Assembly (NCBI GenBank): GCA_963790025.1
Contig: CAWBMP010000004.1
Location: 1,280,001-1,344,000, forward strand
Origin: Nitrospirota bacterium
Lineage (GTDB): Bacteria; Nitrospirota; Thermodesulfovibrionia; Thermodesulfovibrionales; Dissulfurispiraceae
DNA length: 64,000 nt
Direction of reading: 5' to 3'
The position numbers were made by a program, and so were the translations under genes. Of the stretch, positions 59,040 through 64,000 are shown piece by piece. How positions within the stretch are numbered: position 1 is the first letter of the stretch; every line of letters begins with the position of its first letter. The notes under the pieces are model-generated. The model did no database searches. It worked only from the letters and a program-made list of their open reading frames with translations, and was not told the origin of the DNA.

Positions 59040-60007
59040 TACGCAATCCCCTGCCTGAGTATGTCGTGCAAGTGAATTATGCCTTTTGCCTTTCCCTCGT
59101 CATCAGGCACTGCAAGGGAAGTAATAGATTTCTCCTCCATAATTGCCAGGGCCTTCGCCGCGAGTTCATGTTCAGCAATTGTCTTCGGATTCTTCGTCAT
59201 CACTTCTTCAGCCGTCATATCGAAAAATGATCTGCCCCATTTTTCTATTCCCCTCCTCAAGTCGCCGTCAGTGACAATGCCCTGGATTATCATGTCATTT
59301 GCGCATACAAGCGTTATGCCTAGCCTCTTGTATGATATTTCCATGACCGCTGCTATCATGGGGGTTTCAGGGGAGACCACGGGAAGCGCATCTCCCGTAT
59401 GCATAAGGTCCTTGACCCGGATAAGCAGTTTCTTGCCGAGACTGCCGCCGGGATGAAAAAAAGCGAAATCCTCCTCATTAAATCCTCTCTTTGTCAAAAG
59501 TGCTACGGCAATGGCATCTCCCATCGCCATGGCGGCTGTTGTAGAGGCCGTTGGCACAATACCGAAAGAGCACGCTTCCTCGGCTACAGACACATCAAGG
59601 GCGGCATCAGCGGCTTTAGCCAATGTTGAAGCCGGGTTCCCTGCCAGGGATATCAACCGGACATTGAACCGCTCCAGAAAAGGTAGCAGCCCGACAAGTT
59701 CCTCTGTCTCCCCGCTGTTTGAAAGGGCAATAACAACATCATCAGAAGTGACCATGCCGAGGTCCCCATGCCCCGCTTCGGCAGGGTGCATGAAAAAGGC
59801 CGGCGTGCCGGTTGATGCCAGAGTGGCCGCTATTTTCTTACCCACCAGGCCGGATTTCCCCATGCCGGTGACAACCACCCTCCCCTTGCAGTTGAAGATA
59901 ATATCAACCGCCCTTGCGAACATGCCGTCGAGCTTTCCGATCAGTCCGGCGACCGCACCTGCCTCAATGGTAAAAACTTTTTTTGCAATATCAATTATAT
60001 TGTCCAT
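59039..60007 (-). CDS. kdsD: Arabinose-5-phosphate isomerase (SIS + 2 CBS)
   Basis: GMGKSG, HGDLG, SNSGET, PTAST, HPGGSLG; start 60007 preferred. Confidence 0.95.
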   Translation of the reverse strand: MDNIIDIAKKVFTIEAGAVAGLIGKLDGMFARAVDIIFNCKGRVVVTGMGKSGLVGKKIAATLASTGTPAFFMHPAEAGHGDLGMVTSDDVVIALSNSGETEELVGLLPFLERFNVRLISLAGNPASTLAKAADAALDVSVAEEACSFGIVPTASTTAAMAMGDAIAVALLTKRGFNEEDFAFFHPGGSLGKKLLIRVKDLMHTGDALPVVSPETPMIAAVMEISYKRLGITLVCANDMIIQGIVTDGDLRRGIEKWGRSFFDMTAEEVMTKNPKTIAEHELAAKALAIMEEKSITSLAVPDDEGKAKGIIHLHDILRQGIA

Positions 60008-60026
60008 GAAATCCCTTCTCAGATTT

Positions 60027-60482
60027 TTAATCGCATTGCAGCCATGCCGGAGGAATCTTTTTTCTGCGGGCTTCATCCTCGATACGGGCCAGATCTTTCT
60101 CCCTGTCTTTCAGGAGTTTATTAGCATCTATCAGATTGTCCTGAGTTTTCTTTATCTTTCTGTCTATATACTTTTTATCTTTCCCGGTTTCCTTACAGGC
60201 TGCATTCTTAAGATCAGACAGCAAAACTTCTTCCTTATCTATTTCATATTGTGCCTGCCCGATCCTTTTTTTGTAGTAAGCGGACCGCTTGCACCAATAT
60301 TCCTTCTCCGTGTCCTCTTTTGTTTTCGGGGGGTCCTCTTTCCCGCTGTCAGGCTTCGAAGCCTTTGCACCCTGTGCGGTATCATCAGAAGCCGTATCAC
60401 CGGTTGAATGGGCCACGGAAAAAAGACCTAACCACAGAGACACAGAGACGCAGAGATAAAAAATAAAAAGTCTGTGTTTCAT
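60027..60482 (-). CDS. Hypothetical exported coiled-coil protein
   Basis: Signal-peptide-like N-terminus, charged helical body, ends [12 protein letters not shown]. Confidence 0.65.
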   Translation of the reverse strand: MKHRLFIFYLCVSVSLWLGLFSVAHSTGDTASDDTAQGAKASKPDSGKEDPPKTKEDTEKEYWCKRSAYYKKRIGQAQYEIDKEEVLLSDLKNAACKETGKDKKYIDRKIKKTQDNLIDANKLLKDREKDLARIEDEARRKKIPPAWLQCD

Positions 60483-61303
60483 TTTTCTTCCTGGGCAAGC
60501 AGGTCATGAATGGCCCGCAACGTTTTCAGTAAAGCTCCCAGACTTTCCAGCGGCAGCATATTCGGTCCATCGCATAGGGCCTTGTCGGGGTCGGGGTGGA
60601 CCTCCATAAACAGACCATCGACACCCACTGCAACAGCGGCCCGCGCAAAAGGCGCCCCGAATTCACGCTGGCCTCCTGAGGCGTTGCCAAGACCGCCGGG
60701 CAGTTGCAGGCTGTGGGTGACATCAAAAATCACCGGATAACCGAAAGAGCGCATGATGGGCAATCCCCTGAAATCCACCACAAGATTATTATAGCCGAAA
60801 GATGTGCCCCTTTCCGTGAGCAGTAGTTGTCTGTTTCCTGTTGATACGAACTTGTCGACAATATGCCTGGCATCCCAAGGAGCAAGAAACTGTCCTTTCT
60901 TGATATTTACAGGCTTGCCTGTTTCGGAGGCGGCAACAATTAAATCGGTCTGCCGGCACAAAAATGCCGGGAGTTGCAACACATCGAGGACGGCAGAAGC
61001 TGTTTTTATCTCCCGGACAGAGTGCACGTCGGAAAGTACCGGTATGCCGAATTTGCGTTTAACTTCCGCCAGTATCGAAAGACCTTTTTCAATTCCAGGA
61101 CCCCTATAGGACGAAACAGAGGTCCGGTTTGCCTTATCATAGGAGCTTTTAAAGATAAAAGGCAGGCCGGCAGCGCTGCATAAGGCCTTCAGCTTCCCGG
61201 CAGTGTAAAAAGTGATGTCTTCATTCTCTATAACGCACGGTCCCGCAATGATTACAGGTAAATTGCCGTTGCCTATGAAAAAAGTCTCTAATTGTATTTC
61301 CAT
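60479..61303 (-). CDS. kdsA: KDO 8-phosphate synthase
   Basis: [43 protein letters not shown]; start 61303 preferred. Confidence 0.95.
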   Translation of the reverse strand: MEIQLETFFIGNGNLPVIIAGPCVIENEDITFYTAGKLKALCSAAGLPFIFKSSYDKANRTSVSSYRGPGIEKGLSILAEVKRKFGIPVLSDVHSVREIKTASAVLDVLQLPAFLCRQTDLIVAASETGKPVNIKKGQFLAPWDARHIVDKFVSTGNRQLLLTERGTSFGYNNLVVDFRGLPIMRSFGYPVIFDVTHSLQLPGGLGNASGGQREFGAPFARAAVAVGVDGLFMEVHPDPDKALCDGPNMLPLESLGALLKTLRAIHDLLAQEEK

Positions 61304-61444
61304 ATGATTGACTGGTGAATGACTGCCCGATTTTTTGTGTATTATATCATTAAAGCGCTTAAATTCATAAATACGGTGTAGCACCGAGAGCGTATTTATG
61401 AATTTAAGCGCTGAGCTATTCTTTGTCAGTGGCGGGGGGACTAA

Positions 61445-61630
61445 TCAGCTTTTTTTCCCCGCCTTCCGGATGGAGCAGTCGGCACTTTTCCCATTGTCGG
61501 CATCGGGGCATCCGCCGGAGGGTTGGAGGCGCTGGAGTCAGATCTGCGCCTTGCAAGAGGGGATTTGGAACAGCGCGTTGCAGGACACCAAGCAGAGCTA
61601 AAGAAGATCACCGGGATAAAACAATCATAG
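61445..61630 (+). pseudogene. Internally deleted CheB (CheB/CheR-type) remnant
   Basis: FPIVGIGASAGGLEALE (CheB catalytic Ser motif) joined directly to a coiled-coil tail; no start codon. Confidence 0.65.
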
Positions 61631-61733
61631 GCAAGTAATGGCTCAATCATTTGACATAATACCCTTACGTCATTAAGGTAGGTAATGTAGTGCTGCGCAA
61701 ACGCTCCGGGATGACTATGACAAGGGGACAAAT

Positions 61734-62357
61734 ATGCTTCATGCGATATATACGTTTTTCATTGCTTTGTCAAATAATTTCGATAATATTGGAGTCAGAA
61801 TTGCATACAGCATTCGTGGAATAAAAATATCTCACTCGATAAATCTTTGGATTTCCGTGATAACATTTTTTATTTCGGGTTTTGCCGCTTATTCAGGCAC
61901 AGTAATATCGGGGTATTTCAGCAAACAACTGTCCGGGATAATTGCCATGGTGCTTCTTTCCGCTATCGGTATATGGATGATAGGGGACGAGTACATAAAA
62001 AGAAGGCGTAATCGTAATCTTGCCGAAAAGTCCACCGAAGAAGATGCAAAAAATATCCTGGATATTCTGGCTAATCCCGAAAAAGCAGATATGGATAAGT
62101 CAAAACATATCGATTTCAAAGAGGCAACTGTACTTGGGATTGCACTCTCAATAAACAATGTTGGTGGAGGATTAAGTGCCGGGATGATCGGTTTAAGCTC
62201 CTTTTGGGTTGGATTGTTATCCGCCGTGATAAGTTTTATTGCCCTTTGGTCGGGAAACTACATTGCCGAATACTTTATAAAGTGGAATATAAGCAATAAA
62301 GCGACAGTTGCAGCGGGTCTTGTACTAATTGGAATCGGGATAGGGCAGCTATTCTAA
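61734..62357 (+). CDS. MntP/YtaF family membrane protein (Mn efflux-like)
   Basis: SNNFDNIGV, EATVLGIALSINN; about 6 TM segments. Confidence 0.8.
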   Translation: MLHAIYTFFIALSNNFDNIGVRIAYSIRGIKISHSINLWISVITFFISGFAAYSGTVISGYFSKQLSGIIAMVLLSAIGIWMIGDEYIKRRRNRNLAEKSTEEDAKNILDILANPEKADMDKSKHIDFKEATVLGIALSINNVGGGLSAGMIGLSSFWVGLLSAVISFIALWSGNYIAEYFIKWNISNKATVAAGLVLIGIGIGQLF

Positions 62358-62370
62358 TGTTTTTGAAAAC

Positions 62371-62399
62371 TTGACATTTGGCCCGTCCATCGATAAAAC
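62371..62399 (+). promoter_or_regulatory. Sigma-70-type promoter upstream of the riboswitch
   Basis: TTGACA-N17-TAAAAC. Confidence 0.55.
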
Positions 62400-62404
62400 T
62401 ATTT

Positions 62405-62570
62405 AACTAGGTGCCGAAAGGCTTAATAGGGAATCCCGTGAAGGCGGATAACGCTGATTCGGGAGCGGTCCCGCCGCTGTAACCGGGGACGAAAGTCGAC
62501 GCTGCCACTGGTAGAGATATCGGGAAGGCCGGCAAGTAGAATGATCCGGGAGCCAGAAGACCTGCCAGAC
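62405..62570 (+). promoter_or_regulatory. Cobalamin riboswitch
   Basis: AGGTGC...AATAGGGAATCCCGTG...CGGTCCCGCCGCTGTAA...GCCACTGG...GGGAAGG...AGCCAGAAGACCTGCC B12 box. Confidence 0.95.
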
Positions 62571-62692
62571 AAACTAGTGTCAGTGTCAGTTTTAAGTGTC
62601 GGGGAAAAGTTTCATCTGCCACTAATGACAGACATTATTCACTAATAAGGCCTTCTCGCGGACGGAAGGCGGGGATGAAGGAATCAGGGTGC

Positions 62693-62729
62693 AATCCTCA
62701 AGACATTTTGTCTTGGGGATTTTTTGTTT
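62693..62729 (+). terminator. Intrinsic terminator (riboswitch expression platform)
   Basis: AATCCTCAAGACA-TTT-TGTCTTGGGGATT then TTTTGTTT, just before the SD. Confidence 0.75.
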
Positions 62730-62741
62730 GAGGAGGGTGGC

Positions 62742-64000
62742 GTGACACAATTAGAAAGAGCGGCAAAGGGAGAAGTTACAAAAGAGATTGCAACGGTCGC
62801 GGCAGCCGAAGGGCTTTCCGTTGATGTTGTAAGGGAAAATGTTGCAGCAGGGAAAATAGTCATTCCAGCCAACAGGAACCGTTTAAAAAGAACCATAGGT
62901 ATCGGTAAGGGTCTGAGGACCAAAGTAAATGCGTCAATCGGGTCCTCCACGGATATCGCGGATGTCGGGATGGAAGTGGAAAAAGCCGAGATTGCTGAAA
63001 AATACGGCGCGGACACTCTGATGGACCTAAGCGTCGGCGGCAATATATCCGGCATCAGAAAAGCGGTGATGGATGCAATAAGCCTTCCGGTAGGCACGGT
63101 CCCTCTGTACGAGGCCTTTGCAATTGCTATTGAAAAGTACGGCGCTGCTGTCAACATGCCTGCAGAACTCCTTTTTGAGATTACCGAAAAGCAGTGCGCA
63201 GAGGGGGTCGCCTTTATGGCAATCCACTGCGGCATCAACAGAAAAACAGTCGAAATGCTCAGGAAACAGCATTACCGTTACGGCGGCCTTGTCTCAAAGG
63301 GAGGTTCCTATATGGTTGCATGGATGGAGCACAACAAAAAGGAAAACCCCCTATATGAGCATTTCGACAGGGTAGTGGATATTCTTAAAAAGTACGACAC
63401 GGTACTGAGCCTGGGCAACGGTTTTCGGGCCGGCGCCATTCATGATGCAACCGACAGGGTGCAAATACAGGAACTGCTCATAAACTGCGAACTTGCAGAA
63501 CTGGGCAGGGAGCGGGGATGCCAGACAATGGTTGAAGGCCCCGGTCATGTGCCGATTAACGAGATAGAGGCGAATGTCATCATGGAAAAGAAGATGAGCG
63601 GCGAATCCCCTTTTTACATGCTGGGTCCGATTACGACCGATATAGCACCTGGCTACGACCATATCACCGCCGCAATAGGCGCAGCACTTTCATCTGCGTA
63701 CGGTGCGGACTTTATCTGCTATGTTACCCCTTCCGAGCACCTGGGACTCCCTTTTCCGGAAGATGTGCGCGAGGGCGTCATCGCATCCCGGATCGCAGCA
63801 CACATTGGAGACATGATAAAGCTCAAGAACACGGATGCCGACAAGTCAATGGCAAAGGCAAGAAGGGACATGCAATGGCAGACCCAGTTCTCTTTGTGCA
63901 TCGATGCCGAAAGGGCAAGAGAAATTAAGAGCAAGAGAGGAAACGGCAGTGACCACTCCTGTACCATGTGTGGAAAGTTTTGTGCGAATGATATACTTAA
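62742..64000 (+). CDS. bzaF: ThiC-family radical SAM enzyme, probably 5-hydroxybenzimidazole synthase (runs off window; absent from ORF track)
   Basis: GAGGAGG SD, GTG start MTQLE...; KVNASIG, RYGGLVSKGG, LGNGFRAGAIHD, EGPGH, CTMCGKFC; under a B12 rather than TPP riboswitch. Confidence 0.75.
   Translation, partial: MTQLERAAKGEVTKEIATVAAAEGLSVDVVRENVAAGKIVIPANRNRLKRTIGIGKGLRTKVNASIGSSTDIADVGMEVEKAEIAEKYGADTLMDLSVGGNISGIRKAVMDAISLPVGTVPLYEAFAIAIEKYGAAVNMPAELLFEITEKQCAEGVAFMAIHCGINRKTVEMLRKQHYRYGGLVSKGGSYMVAWMEHNKKENPLYEHFDRVVDILKKYDTVLSLGNGFRAGAIHDATDRVQIQELLINCELAELGRERGCQTMVEGPGHVPINEIEANVIMEKKMSGESPFYMLGPITTDIAPGYDHITAAIGAALSSAYGADFICYVTPSEHLGLPFPEDVREGVIASRIAAHIGDMIKLKNTDADKSMAKARRDMQWQTQFSLCIDAERAREIKSKRGNGSDHSCTMCGKFCANDIL

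Noticed and set aside
59511..60407. 298-aa plus-strand ORF
   Set aside because: Antisense to kdsD and its upstream gene
61400..61733. yybP-ykoY Mn riboswitch upstream of the MntP-like gene
   Set aside because: Could not find the conserved GGGGAGTA...GACC core; most of the region is explained by a cheB remnant
62742..64000. thiC with TPP riboswitch
   Set aside because: Leader is a cobalamin riboswitch and the motifs fit the Bza branch better
1..64000. tRNA, rRNA or prophage genes
   Set aside because: None recognised on reading either strand; a tRNAscan/Rfam run would be needed to exclude them formally

Overview
Chromosomal window from an anaerobic Gram-negative bacterium; gene content and repeat style suggest Nitrospirota/Thermodesulfovibrionia or a deltaproteobacterial-like lineage (inference). 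1-18341: LPS core/O-antigen cluster (msbA, O-antigen ligase, three GT9, several GT4, B12 radical SAM, methyltransferase, deacetylase, UDP-HexNAc dehydrogenase). 18.5-21.9 kb: moaA, cpoB, pal. 22.2-28.8 kb: NuoEFG/Hnd-like flavin Fe-S oxidoreductase operon; its NuoE-like subunit is fused to an intact response-regulator receiver domain and its large subunit lacks the Mo-ligating Cys/Sec; fdhD follows. About 29.1-42.3 kb: accessory region with a RAYT flanked by 21-bp inverted REP-like repeats, HD-GYP, a complete IS110, SRAP, a serine resolvase, tandem-duplicated small proteins, an ankyrin protein and gene remnants. 43-49.5 kb: pilB-pilT-like-sixA, divergent from a GAF-PAS-HK-REC-REC-degenerate GGDEF kinase. 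Then acetate-CoA ligase, trxC, trpB2, MFS, queC, plsY, pgsA, kdsC/kdsD/kdsA, an MntP/YtaF-family gene and a cobalamin-riboswitch-controlled bzaF-like gene. Best signal: the IS110 left end encodes a bridge RNA whose four guide segments can be matched by eye to the element's own junctions, and its target guide matches the REP-like motif flanking the neighbouring RAYT.
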